DNA of 64,000 nt from an uncultured Candidatus Saccharibacteria bacterium (GTDB lineage: Bacteria > Patescibacteriota > Minisyncoccia > Phycocordibacterales > G965230995). The notes under the pieces were generated by a model. The model had not been told where the DNA came from, made no database searches, and saw only the letters and a program-made list of their open reading frames with translations. The stretch lies in assembly GCA_965230995.1 (NCBI GenBank), contig OZ246398.1, positions 144,227-208,226 on the forward strand, given 5' to 3'. Position numbers and translations under genes: made by a program. This document shows, in pieces, positions 8,911-18,884 of this stretch. How positions within the stretch are numbered: the stretch's first letter is position 1; every line of letters starts with the position of its first letter.

Positions 8911-10675
8911 AAAGAATACACAAGGCGGTTATGTTGTGATAATAAATACTTTGTTTTTCCTTGTCCTAACTGGATTGCTAACTTTTGGTGTTATCAAACC
9001 AACTATATCAAGTTTTAATTCTGCCAATGCATTTTCACATTCGAAACAATCTTTTCTTTTAGCAAACAGTGCTCTCGAAGAAGGCTTGTATCGATTAAAA
9101 AACAGTATTCCTATTTCTTCTTCGGAAAATATATCGCTCAATTCTCAAAATGCAACCATTGCTGTTTCTGACACAAATGACGGAAAAATATTATCTGTAA
9201 ACGCAGACGTTAATGATTTTCAAAGAGATTTGGAGGTTTCTATAATCCAAGGTGTCGGTGTAAGTTTTAATTATGGTTTACAAGCCGGCCAAGGAGGATT
9301 TGATTTGAGCGGTGGTGCCTACATAATTGGAAATGTCTACTCAAATGGTGATGTAACGGGCAGTGGTGGCCCATATATTACCGGATCTGCAACAGTTGCA
9401 AACGCAACAGACCCAAGCGCAATAATATCCCACATGGGAACTATCCCTCCTCCGTACGCAATTGGTTTTGCAGAAGATACTTGGCCAGCTAACGACGCTC
9501 GAGATTTTGCACAAAGCTTTACCTACCCAAGTGACACAACAATAAACAGTGTAAAGTTTTATATGAAGAAAACTGCGAATATTTCGATGGAAAATTTAAC
9601 TTTCTATATAACAAACAATTCTAACGGCTCACCAGGGAAAAATATTCTTGCAACAGGATTCCTCAGCGCATCACAAGTAACCACTTCTTATAATTATTTA
9701 ACAATTCAACTATCTAGCCCAGCCTCCATATCCGCTGGAACTACATACTGGATGGTTTTTACAAATGTAAAAAGAACCTGGGGTTCACAATATGTAATAG
9801 GGGCAAGCCAAAACACATATCCAGGAGGATTTGCAAAAACTGGGGCTTGGTCAAATTCAAACGGAGGAAATTGGTCTTCAACATCACCTGCTGGACTGGA
9901 TGCATATTTTGAAATATTTACAGGCGGTGACTCTGGTAGTATATCTGGAATGGCAATACACGGTGATGCTTGGGCTCATGAAATAAACAGCTCTAATATA
10001 TCTGGCTCTGCCTATTGTCAGGCATCAAACAGCAATAACAAACCTTGCGATTCAACGAGACCCGACCCAGCTACAGTAGCAATGCCAATATCTGATGGAA
10101 ATATAGAGGAATGGAAAGCCGCAGCAGAAGCTGGCGGTGTGATAACAGGTGATCTTTCATACGGAAGCCAGGACACAGAATATATTGGACCTAAAAAAAT
10201 TATCGGCAATCTAGATGTCGGAGCTGGAGCAACTCTTTATGTCACTGGCACACTATATGTAACTGGTAATGTTTCTGTATCAGGTGGAGGAAAAATTATG
10301 CTCTCGACCAGTTATGGAAACAATAGCGGAATAATAGTAACAGATGGAAAGATTTATGCCGGCGGAGGAGGATTCTTTGAGGGAAATGGTTTTACTGGAA
10401 GTTATATATTACTAGTCACGACAAGCACCTGCCCAACAAATTGTGGAAATAACGATTACGCTGTAGACATAAGTGGTGGGGCCGGTGCTGTAATCGTCAA
10501 TGCGCAAAAAGGAACAATTGTATTTACTGGAAGCGGACAGGCAAAACAAGCTACAGGTTACAGAATTGTTTTGAGTGGTGGAGCAAGTGTTCGCTACGAA
10601 ACTGGAATTGCGGATATGTCATTTAATAGCGGTCCATCGGGAACTTGGAATATCTCAAAATGGGACGAAAAATAA
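8903..10675 (+). CDS. large pilus-associated protein (PilX/PilY1-like tip or adhesin candidate) with Gly-rich repeats
   Basis: 590 aa, N-terminal hydrophobic pilin-like anchor (degenerate prepilin, no Glu5), Gly/Ser/Thr-rich repetitive C-terminal half; last gene of minor-pilin operon. Confidence 0.5.
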   Translation: MNKKNTQGGYVVIINTLFFLVLTGLLTFGVIKPTISSFNSANAFSHSKQSFLLANSALEEGLYRLKNSIPISSSENISLNSQNATIAVSDTNDGKILSVNADVNDFQRDLEVSIIQGVGVSFNYGLQAGQGGFDLSGGAYIIGNVYSNGDVTGSGGPYITGSATVANATDPSAIISHMGTIPPPYAIGFAEDTWPANDARDFAQSFTYPSDTTINSVKFYMKKTANISMENLTFYITNNSNGSPGKNILATGFLSASQVTTSYNYLTIQLSSPASISAGTTYWMVFTNVKRTWGSQYVIGASQNTYPGGFAKTGAWSNSNGGNWSSTSPAGLDAYFEIFTGGDSGSISGMAIHGDAWAHEINSSNISGSAYCQASNSNNKPCDSTRPDPATVAMPISDGNIEEWKAAAEAGGVITGDLSYGSQDTEYIGPKKIIGNLDVGAGATLYVTGTLYVTGNVSVSGGGKIMLSTSYGNNSGIIVTDGKIYAGGGGFFEGNGFTGSYILLVTTSTCPTNCGNNDYAVDISGGAGAVIVNAQKGTIVFTGSGQAKQATGYRIVLSGGASVRYETGIADMSFNSGPSGTWNISKWDEK

Positions 10676-10694
10676 AAGCCCCTTCGGGGCTTTT
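10674..10694. terminator. bidirectional terminator between convergent pilus operons
   Basis: aaaagcccc ttcg gggcttttatttttc. Confidence 0.6.
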
Positions 10695-10703
10695 ATTTTT
10701 CTT

Positions 10704-11915
10704 TTATATTTTATCTGCGAGTGAATACATAGGAGACATCATCGACAAAGCAAAGAACCCCACCGCCCCACCGATAAGTATCATTAGAAATGGTTCGATT
10801 ACAGTAGACATATCTTTTGTTTTTTGCTCGACTTCTTCTTCGTAAAATTTTGCAACCTCAAGCAACATTTCAGATAATTTTCCTGTTTCCTCGCCTACCT
10901 TTGCCATTTCTGAAACATACAATGGGTACAAATTTACCCTGGAAGAAAATATTTCAGAGATGCTTCCACCTTTTACTATCACCTCTCCCGCTTCTTTGAG
11001 AACACTTTTATAATATGAATTTTGCAAAACATCTTCTGTTATTCCAACCGCAATAGTATATTCAACCCCTGAAGAAAGTAGTGAAGAAAGTGTTCTGGCA
11101 GTCCTTGCAGAATTAACTTTTTTTGTGATATCACCTATTAATGGGGTCTTTAAAAAAACATAATCTAAAACTCTCTTTCCATTTTTAGTTCTAAAGTACA
11201 TTCCACCCAAAACAACGACACAAATTACAGCAAATAATGTGAGCAAAAGATTGTTATTTATAAATTCGCTCACATAAATAATTATTTTTGTACTCATCGG
11301 AAGATCAACGCCCAGACCTTTAAATGTTGCAGTAAGAGTTGGCACCACAAAAATAAGCATAAGAGTAGCAATAAGTATCATTGCAAAAAGGATTATGCCA
11401 GGATACATCATCGCGCCTTTGATTTTTTTCTTTAGAATATATGTCCTTTCCATCTGGCCAGAAACAATCTCTAGAGATTCGCTCAAATTACCGCTTTCCT
11501 CGCCTGCTCTAACCATCGAAACAAAAAGCGTAGAAAATACTTCTTTATGTTCAGACAAACATTCGCTTATTGTTTTACCTTTACTCACTCCGTCGTTTAT
11601 ATCAACCAAAACCTTTTTAAATTTACCTTCTTTTGCCTGCTTTTCCATTATTTCCAGAGCTCTGACAACGGGCAAACCAGAGGCAATCATTTTGCCCAAG
11701 TTTCTCGCAAATACAATCAAATCTTGTTCTTTTACTCTACCAAAAGAGAAAGAAATATTAGAAAAAAGTTTTCTACCTGTCTTTTCTTCGACATATATTG
11801 CGGTTAAACCCTGAGATGCAATTTCTGTCGAGATAGCTTCTTTGCTTTCGCCTGTTTTTTCGCCTTCGACTATTTCGCCTTGCTTATTTACAGCCTTATA
11901 AAAATAAGTTTTCAT
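10704..11915 (-). CDS. pilC: type IV pilus assembly platform protein PilC (GspF family)
   Basis: 403 aa, three TM segments, duplicated GspF-type cytoplasmic domains. Confidence 0.85.
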   Translation of the reverse strand: MKTYFYKAVNKQGEIVEGEKTGESKEAISTEIASQGLTAIYVEEKTGRKLFSNISFSFGRVKEQDLIVFARNLGKMIASGLPVVRALEIMEKQAKEGKFKKVLVDINDGVSKGKTISECLSEHKEVFSTLFVSMVRAGEESGNLSESLEIVSGQMERTYILKKKIKGAMMYPGIILFAMILIATLMLIFVVPTLTATFKGLGVDLPMSTKIIIYVSEFINNNLLLTLFAVICVVVLGGMYFRTKNGKRVLDYVFLKTPLIGDITKKVNSARTARTLSSLLSSGVEYTIAVGITEDVLQNSYYKSVLKEAGEVIVKGGSISEIFSSRVNLYPLYVSEMAKVGEETGKLSEMLLEVAKFYEEEVEQKTKDMSTVIEPFLMILIGGAVGFFALSMMSPMYSLADKI

Positions 11916-11942
11916 TACTATAATTGTAGCACAATAAAAATA

Positions 11943-13694
11943 TTATTCTGAAACGACTCGCAAAACTTCTTCTATTGTTGTAACACCAAGGACGGATTTG
12001 AATATTCCGTCTTCAAGCATAGTGAGCATTCCTTCTTTTTTAGCTTGAGCTTCTATTTCTTTTTCTTGAGCACCCTTTATTATCAAATCTTTTATGGATG
12101 GAGTAACTTTTAGAACTTCGTGTATTCCAAGTCTTCCGCTATATCCGTCTTCGGATGTGGCTGTTGGTTTTGGTTTGTAAAAAGTAACTTTCTCCCAAGG
12201 AGTCCCTTCTTTCACGACTTTTTCTTTTACCAAAAACGACATTATTCTATCCAAATCTACTTTTTTCGAAAGTTCGGCAAGCTCGTCTTTTGAAAGAAAA
12301 TATTTATCTTTTCCTTCAAGCCTTCTGATGAGCCTCTGTCCGATTACAATATCTAATGTAGAGACGAGTAAAAAAGGTTCGACTTTCATATCAAGAAGTC
12401 TTGGTATCGCACCAGCAGCTGAATTTGTGTGTAATGTAGATAACACCAAGTGACCTGTGAGAGAAGCGTTTATCGCAAGCGATGCTGTTTCGTTGTCTCG
12501 GATTTCACCAACCATAATTATATCTGGGTCTTGTCTAACTAATGTTCGGAGCCCAGATACAAAAGTAAGCCCAATTTCTGGTCTAACCTGTGTTTGGTTC
12601 ACACGTTTTAATTGATATTCAACAGGATCTTCAATAGTAGAAATATTTACATCGGGTGTATTTAAAATATCGAGCACTGTATAAAGAGTAGTTGTTTTAC
12701 CAGAACCTGTTGGTCCGGTTGTAAGTATCATTCCAGTTGTGGCTTTTGTGGCTTCGTGGATTCTTTCGAGGCTCTCCCCGTGAAAACCAAGAGTTTCTAG
12801 CGTGAGAACGCTAATATTTTCTCGCAAAAGTCTCATCACGATTTTTTCTCCGTAATATGTCGGCAAAGTAGAAACACGGAATGCTACCCTTTCGTTGTTT
12901 AATTCTATTTTGAAACGTCCGTCTTGTGGTAATCTTTTCTCATCGAGCTTTAGGCTAGAAAGCACTTTAATTCTGGCACTGATGCTGGGTCCGGTATTTT
13001 TTGGCAAAACCATCGCATCGTGCAAAAGACCATCAATCCTGTATCTCACCAAAACCTGTTCTTCCATTGGTTCTATATGGATATCTGATGCGTCTTGTAA
13101 AATGGCGTGCTTGAGGAGCGTATCAACAATACGGACAACCGGAACATCATCGGCAAGTTTTTTTAAATCTTTTTCTGATATTTCTTCGTCGTCTGTCTTT
13201 TCAAGAATTGTCTTTATCGCTCCTGCTTCTTTTTGGATAATATCTCCGAATTCAGCTTTTAGGCTCTTTTGATATTGGAGTAAAACGCTTTTCATTGATT
13301 CGCTATCAGTAAGCCTAGGCAAAATCCTGAGACCTGTTTTTTTCTTTACGAAATCAATGGCTGTGAGGTCTTCTGTTTCGAGCATTGCAACTTCTAGCCC
13401 TTTGTCTGTCTTTTTGAAAGCCACAATATTGTGGTTTCTGGCAATTGGTTCTGGTATCAAAGAAAGAATTTCAAAACCGATTTTTTGTGTCTTTAAATCA
13501 ACAAAAGGTATACCTAGAATATAGGCTTGCATTCGTCTCAAGTCGTCTTCGGATATTTTTCCTTGGCTTACGAGTACATCACCAAGTTTTTGTTTTTTGC
13601 TTTCAGCGGTCTTCTTTGCATTTTCAAGATCTAATCTTGAAACAAGTCCAGAGTCATTAATAAAATCTACTAATTGAGTTTCATCTATGTGCAT
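11943..13694 (-). CDS. pilB: type IV pilus assembly ATPase PilB (GspE family)
   Basis: 583 aa; Walker A GPTGSGKTTT; GspE N-terminal domain; Walker B and His boxes present. Confidence 0.9.
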   Translation of the reverse strand: MHIDETQLVDFINDSGLVSRLDLENAKKTAESKKQKLGDVLVSQGKISEDDLRRMQAYILGIPFVDLKTQKIGFEILSLIPEPIARNHNIVAFKKTDKGLEVAMLETEDLTAIDFVKKKTGLRILPRLTDSESMKSVLLQYQKSLKAEFGDIIQKEAGAIKTILEKTDDEEISEKDLKKLADDVPVVRIVDTLLKHAILQDASDIHIEPMEEQVLVRYRIDGLLHDAMVLPKNTGPSISARIKVLSSLKLDEKRLPQDGRFKIELNNERVAFRVSTLPTYYGEKIVMRLLRENISVLTLETLGFHGESLERIHEATKATTGMILTTGPTGSGKTTTLYTVLDILNTPDVNISTIEDPVEYQLKRVNQTQVRPEIGLTFVSGLRTLVRQDPDIIMVGEIRDNETASLAINASLTGHLVLSTLHTNSAAGAIPRLLDMKVEPFLLVSTLDIVIGQRLIRRLEGKDKYFLSKDELAELSKKVDLDRIMSFLVKEKVVKEGTPWEKVTFYKPKPTATSEDGYSGRLGIHEVLKVTPSIKDLIIKGAQEKEIEAQAKKEGMLTMLEDGIFKSVLGVTTIEEVLRVVSE

Positions 13695-13732
13695 ATCATA
13701 AATATTATATCACAATACAAAATACAGACACA

Positions 13733-13765
13733 AAAAAACCGACACTTGCGTGTCGGTTTTTTTGT
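13733..13765. terminator. rho-independent terminator
   Basis: aaaaaaaccgacac ttgc gtgtcggtttttttg. Confidence 0.6.
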
Positions 13766-13766
13766 T

Positions 13767-14501
13767 TTATTTTCTATATCCGTGAATCTTAATGGTTGTA
13801 TACTGAACCGCCGTGTTAGAGAAATCTTCGGCTATAATACCTGAACAATTTTGTGAACTTACACCTGATCCATCTGTGTTACATTTGACTATCCTAATCT
13901 CCAAGCGTCCATTACTATCGAGAGGTAGCCATGTTGTATCTGACATACCATAATAAGCGTTCCCAACAAATATATTCTTCCAACTGCTCTGGCTAGGCCA
14001 CTTATACTGAATCGCATACCTAGTAGCGCTACCGTCAAAGCTACTTTCTATTAATAGTGCCTTTGCACCAGATGGAACCGAATTCAAACCTGAACCGACT
14101 GTAAACCTTGCAGGATATGTTATTCCATCAGTAGTTTCAATGATAACACTTGGTGTACTAAATAATGTTTCAGTAAAAATAGAATCCTGCCAAGTAGCAT
14201 TCCCTTCTGCATCAGAAGTGAGAACCTTGCCATTACCTGCGTTTGTAGGGATTTTTAATAGTCCATTAAATATTGAACCACCATTTACAAGCAGAGAACC
14301 AAGGGAAAGGCCACCTTCTTTTACTTGGGAAGATGGGCCAACATTAATTGGTGCAAATGTATTTGAATTCGGAGCCTCTGCAATTGGTCCTTGCCATACA
14401 CTATCTTCGTCATATATGTCTTCAGCTTGAAGATAAGAAACTCCAATAACAGAAAGAACGGAAAGTGTGATTATGGATAAATAATGAAGTGTTTTTTTCA
14501 T
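13767..14501 (-). CDS. secreted protein, paralog A of a tandem pair
   Basis: signal peptide MKKTLHYLSIITLSVLSVIGVSYLQA identical to neighbour; shared block GGLSLGSLLVNGGSIFNGLLKIPTNAGxGKVLTSDAEGNATWQ. Confidence 0.6.
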   Translation of the reverse strand: MKKTLHYLSIITLSVLSVIGVSYLQAEDIYDEDSVWQGPIAEAPNSNTFAPINVGPSSQVKEGGLSLGSLLVNGGSIFNGLLKIPTNAGNGKVLTSDAEGNATWQDSIFTETLFSTPSVIIETTDGITYPARFTVGSGLNSVPSGAKALLIESSFDGSATRYAIQYKWPSQSSWKNIFVGNAYYGMSDTTWLPLDSNGRLEIRIVKCNTDGSGVSSQNCSGIIAEDFSNTAVQYTTIKIHGYRK

Positions 14502-14520
14502 ATTGCTAATATTTTTTAAA

Positions 14521-15306
14521 CTACATAGCCGGACAAATTGTCATTGTCCAAACATAATCAAAGTTATCTGCTCTAATAGTCCATTCGTTTTCAGAATTTT
14601 CTGAATAGCTACCTTCGGAATAGTCGTCGTAGACATAAAAATTATTTCCATAATTTACAAAGTATTTTGCAACACCATCTCCATTTATTCCACGTTGTGA
14701 CCCAGTATCGTCTGTCCAATCTTCACTTGTCGCAATACTTTTTAATTGCCTATAGAAATAGTTTGTACTTCCGTACATTGACTGAGTGGTGATTGCCTCA
14801 TATAGATCTGATTTTAATCGCCACACAGTATAACTACATCCTGAGTTAAGATAAGGACCAGAAGTTGAACCTACACAGATATTTCTTCCAGCAGAGTTTA
14901 TAAGACTAACTCTCCAAAAACGCTTTCCACTGTCGTTCATATAGTCTTCTCGTCTATTATTTCGGTTGGTGGAAGCAACAACACATTGGCTCGCCAAGAC
15001 ATCTGAACTTGATGACTCCTGCCAGGTAGCATTTCCTTCTGCATCAGAAGTGAGAACTTTTCCGTCTCCTGCGTTTGTAGGGATTTTTAATAGTCCATTA
15101 AATATTGAACCACCATTTACAAGCAAAGAACCAAGGGAAAGACCACCTTCTTTTACCTGAGAGGCGTCGCTCACATTTATAGGAGCTGGTGTATTTCCAT
15201 CGGGTGGTGTGGCACTTGGACCATCCCAGGCTTGGAGATACGAGACCCCGATGACAGAAAGAACAGATAGTGTGATTATGGATAAATAATGAAGTGTTTT
15301 TTTCAT
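14521..15306 (-). CDS. secreted protein, paralog B of a tandem pair
   Basis: same signal peptide and about 45-aa conserved block as 13767..14501 (nucleotides near-identical), divergent C-terminus. Confidence 0.6.
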   Translation of the reverse strand: MKKTLHYLSIITLSVLSVIGVSYLQAWDGPSATPPDGNTPAPINVSDASQVKEGGLSLGSLLVNGGSIFNGLLKIPTNAGDGKVLTSDAEGNATWQESSSSDVLASQCVVASTNRNNRREDYMNDSGKRFWRVSLINSAGRNICVGSTSGPYLNSGCSYTVWRLKSDLYEAITTQSMYGSTNYFYRQLKSIATSEDWTDDTGSQRGINGDGVAKYFVNYGNNFYVYDDYSEGSYSENSENEWTIRADNFDYVWTMTICPAM

Positions 15307-15307
15307 G

Positions 15308-15577
15308 CTATTTTTGTTCTTTAAGTTGCTCCAATAAATTTATCTGTTCTTCTTTTGATATATTCTCTGGGCTATTTTTCTTAAGTGAATCGAGCATTTT
15401 TTTTCTTTCTTCAACTGATGGGGTGTTCGTGGAGGTAGAAAGTAATTCTTGCAATATTTCTCTGTCGGTTTTTTTCTGCTCTGTGATTTTATTTTTTTCT
15501 GGAAGCAAGAAATAAGAAACGACACCTAGCACAATCAGGAGCAAAACAACAATAATTATTTTTTTAGAATTCAACAT
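15308..15577 (-). CDS. small membrane-anchored protein
   Basis: start taken at MLNSKKIIIVVLLLIVLG; single TM then charged helical tail. Confidence 0.4.
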   Translation of the reverse strand: MLNSKKIIIVVLLLIVLGVVSYFLLPEKNKITEQKKTDREILQELLSTSTNTPSVEERKKMLDSLKKNSPENISKEEQINLLEQLKEQK

Positions 15578-16760
15578 AGTTTGGATTCTTTTGAATAGTA
15601 ATTGAACATGTAGCTGTTTTTTCGCTTTCTGCAACAGAAACTAGCATATTTCTTGTTCCAACAGTGCTGTATGTTCTTTCTATAGACGAACCGCTACCGA
15701 CGTCTGTTCCGTTTTCCTGCCAATTAACAGTGTAAGAACCTACTGGCGAAATATTTGCAGCCCAGGTTACTACTTCCCCAGTTTTAGCTGATGTTGGATT
15801 AGCAGAACAAGTTATTGAATTAACAGCATCTGAAACAGGTATACTGACAGTAAATGGATGCTTTTTTACTTCTCCTGAGGCACTAGTACCGACAAGGAAA
15901 ACATCATAACCCTTTCCCTCTTCTACCAGATTTGTAGTTTTTACCCGAAATCCTTTTGTGCAATCATCTGCCGATGTGGGCGTGCATTTTGTACCATTAG
16001 GAAATCCAGCTGATTTTATCCAATCAGTTTCCTCGATCGAAAATGTTATTTCTTCAGGAGTACCAGCGAGCCATACTGCGGTAGCATCTAGAGGATCAGA
16101 AGAGTCATCCTTACCGAGACTAATTTCTGTTGGTCCTTCAACCGCAAACTCAAAACCATCTCCTATTTGCACACCACCAAATTCTGGTTTCCACTCGCTC
16201 CAACCCACAACTGTACTACCCCATATATAACCTTGAATAATAGAATAATATCCATCATCTGAATCTGAAACGGTTCCGCTTAGACTGACCCAGCCATCCC
16301 AACCATCTGGATGGTTAGTCATTGAAGTACAGTCACCATTTATTGTACCAGCACAAAAACGAGCCCAGCCTTCTATGTTGTTTCCAGAAAGTTTAGCGTT
16401 AGATTGAACAGAGCCACCAGATGGAAAACTGGATAGGCCGCCGAATTTTAACCAACCAACATTATCAGACCAAGCGAAGCCAGTTAGGTTATTTGAACCG
16501 TCTATATAAACACCATAATCAACAGAACCACAACTGTTCGTATCTTCACAGCTGAAACTAACCCATCCAATATTATCAGACCAGGCCCAACCTGTTATTG
16601 ATCTTTCTGGAGATTGTGCATTTACACTTTCATTTTTAATAAACGGGAATTCAATCCCAACTATTCCATATAGAAATAGAAACATAGTCATTGAACCGGC
16701 AAGAAGCAACTTGCGGAGTTTTTTATGACCGTGCATTGAAAAATCTTTTACGTGTACCAT
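15564..16760 (-). CDS. secreted protein with Trp-rich tandem repeats and C-terminal PKD-like domain
   Basis: 398 aa; signal anchor; repeats GWAWSDNIGWVSF / GFAWSDNVGWLKF / GYIWGSTVVGWSEW; C-terminal Ig-like (PKD-type) segment. Confidence 0.55.
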   Translation of the reverse strand: MVHVKDFSMHGHKKLRKLLLAGSMTMFLFLYGIVGIEFPFIKNESVNAQSPERSITGWAWSDNIGWVSFSCEDTNSCGSVDYGVYIDGSNNLTGFAWSDNVGWLKFGGLSSFPSGGSVQSNAKLSGNNIEGWARFCAGTINGDCTSMTNHPDGWDGWVSLSGTVSDSDDGYYSIIQGYIWGSTVVGWSEWKPEFGGVQIGDGFEFAVEGPTEISLGKDDSSDPLDATAVWLAGTPEEITFSIEETDWIKSAGFPNGTKCTPTSADDCTKGFRVKTTNLVEEGKGYDVFLVGTSASGEVKKHPFTVSIPVSDAVNSITCSANPTSAKTGEVVTWAANISPVGSYTVNWQENGTDVGSGSSIERTYSTVGTRNMLVSVAESEKTATCSITIQKNPNYVEF

Positions 16761-16859
16761 TTGTTGTAATTATACAACAATTTTCATTATATTTTTTTCA
16801 AAAAATGTGTTTATCGCAATAACTGTGGATAAATCGATTTTTGTGTTATTTTTAATCTA

Positions 16860-16913
16860 GTCACCCTGCTTCCCATTACTGGGAAATGGCATGCGGTAGG
16901 GTGACTTTTTTAT
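16860..16913 (+). promoter_or_regulatory. terminator-like compound hairpin in the nusA leader (attenuator or small-RNA 3' end candidate)
   Basis: GTCACCCT gc TTCCCA ttac TGGGAA atggcatgcggt AGGGTGAC then TTTTTT; a second small hairpin plus T-run follows at 16970-16995. Confidence 0.4.
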
Positions 16914-17033
16914 ATTTTTACAAATTTGACCTTTTATGTGGAAATGCTATAATAGCTAGATACAGGAATTCGCCACTCGGCGGATTTATTTTTTTAAAAA
17001 GTAGATTATTAACAAAAAATTAAGCAAAATACA

Positions 17034-18224
17034 ATGTTTGATCTGAAAGTCATCCATTCCGTACTTGACCAATTGGAACAAGAACGCGGAATTCCAAAAG
17101 AAAAGATTCTCGAAGCCATAGAAATGGCTCTTGCAACTGCATACAAAAAAGAATACGGCAAAAAAGGCCAGATTTTAAGGGCTAAATTCGACCTAAATTC
17201 AGGTGGAGTCTCCTTTTCACAGGTAAAAATAGTGGTAGATACTGATTCTGTGATAATGCCAGAGGATAGAAAAGAAGAAAATACTGAAAAAAGGCCAGAA
17301 AGGCACGAAAACAACGAGTCTGTACAAGAAAAAGTCGGAGAAAAGGTATATTTTAACCCAGAACATCACATTTTCATCGAGGATGCCAAAAGAATGAAAA
17401 AAGACGTTGTTTTAGGCGAAGAAATCATCTTTCCTCTCGAAGACAAGGCTGATTTTGGGCGAATTGCCGCTCAAACCGCAAAACAAGTTGTTATCCAAAA
17501 GATCAGAGAAGCAGAAAAGGTCTCTGTTTTGGGAGAATATGGCAAAAAAGAAGGCGATATTGTCAGTGGAATCGTCCAGAGGGTAGAAAGAGGTACTATT
17601 TTCATTGATATGGGACGAGCTACTGGCGTAATTCCATTCGAAGAACAGATTCCGGGTGAAAAATACCGACCCGCAGAGAGAATAAGAGCTTTGCTTTTCA
17701 AGGTAGAAGAAAGCCCAAGAGGAGTTTTCCTAAAACTTTCAAGATCACATCCAAAATTCCTTGCAAAATTGTTTGAACAAGAAGCTCCAGAAATTGCGAG
17801 CGGGGTTGTAGAAATAAAATCAGTAGCCAGAGAAGCCGGCGGTAGATCAAAAATCGCTGTACAGTCACACGATGAACACATTGATCCTGTTGGTTCTCTT
17901 GTTGGACAGAGAGGTGTCCGTGTAAATACTGTTATGAGCGAGCTCGGTGGAGAAAAAATAGATATTATAGAATGGTCTTCCGATGTAAAATTGTTTATCG
18001 AAGACGCACTTTCTCCTGCAAAAATACTTTCAGTTGAAATTAAAAATGAAGAAGAAAAAGAAGCTGTGGTTACAGTAGCAGAAGATCAGCAATCTCTTGC
18101 AATCGGAAAAGGCGGACAGAACGTTAGACTTGCAGCAAAATTAACTGGCTGGAGAATTGATATCAAATCAACCGCTTCAGAAAAAGAAACAGAGGAAACA
18201 GAGGATGAAGAAATAGCAGAGTAA
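17034..18224 (+). CDS. nusA: transcription termination/antitermination factor NusA
   Basis: 396 aa; NusA N-terminal domain, S1 and tandem KH regions recognisable. Confidence 0.9.
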   Translation: MFDLKVIHSVLDQLEQERGIPKEKILEAIEMALATAYKKEYGKKGQILRAKFDLNSGGVSFSQVKIVVDTDSVIMPEDRKEENTEKRPERHENNESVQEKVGEKVYFNPEHHIFIEDAKRMKKDVVLGEEIIFPLEDKADFGRIAAQTAKQVVIQKIREAEKVSVLGEYGKKEGDIVSGIVQRVERGTIFIDMGRATGVIPFEEQIPGEKYRPAERIRALLFKVEESPRGVFLKLSRSHPKFLAKLFEQEAPEIASGVVEIKSVAREAGGRSKIAVQSHDEHIDPVGSLVGQRGVRVNTVMSELGGEKIDIIEWSSDVKLFIEDALSPAKILSVEIKNEEEKEAVVTVAEDQQSLAIGKGGQNVRLAAKLTGWRIDIKSTASEKETEETEDEEIAE

Positions 18225-18260
18225 CAAGGAATTATATAAATTAAAATTAATAAAATATAT

Positions 18261-18785
18261 ATGAACTATTTACACGAAGTTGCTCCTGGAGAAGAAACAA
18301 AAATGAACGTTATCATCGAGATTCCTCGAGGTTCAAAAAACAAATACGAGATCGACAAAGAAACAGGACTCATTGCTCTCGACCGTGTATATCACACAAC
18401 ACAGGATATGCCTTTTGATTATGGTTTTGTGCCACAGACCCTTTGGGATGATGGTGACGCTCTTGATGTTATTGTTCTCACAACACATCCTTTGCACCCT
18501 GGAATCCTTGCAAGAGTAAGACCAGTTGGAATAATGGATATGATTGATTCTGGAGACTCTGATTCAAAGGTCATCGCAGTTCCAACAGACGATGCAAGAT
18601 GGGAAGATGTCAAAGACATTTCTGATGTAAACAAACACACAATAAAGGAAATGGAACACTATTTCTCTACTTACAAGAAAATCCAGAATAAAGTAGTAGA
18701 AGTAAAGGGTTTTGCAGGAAAAGACAAAGCAATAGAAGCCTTTAGACGATCAAGGGAAATGTACATACAGAAACATTCAAAATAA
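18261..18785 (+). CDS. ppa: inorganic pyrophosphatase (family I)
   Basis: NVIIEIPRGSKNKYEIDKETG and DGDALDVIVL motifs. Confidence 0.9.
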   Translation: MNYLHEVAPGEETKMNVIIEIPRGSKNKYEIDKETGLIALDRVYHTTQDMPFDYGFVPQTLWDDGDALDVIVLTTHPLHPGILARVRPVGIMDMIDSGDSDSKVIAVPTDDARWEDVKDISDVNKHTIKEMEHYFSTYKKIQNKVVEVKGFAGKDKAIEAFRRSREMYIQKHSK

Positions 18786-18788
18786 AAC

Positions 18789-18820
18789 AAAAACCGCCGA
18801 TAAATCGGCGGTTTTTGTTT
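18789..18820. terminator. rho-independent terminator
   Basis: aaaaccgccga taaa tcggcggtttttg. Confidence 0.6.
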
Positions 18821-18884
18821 TATCAAAAGATGATATAATTGATATGTAATAGAAACGACGCACATGCGTCTTAATAAAAACAAT

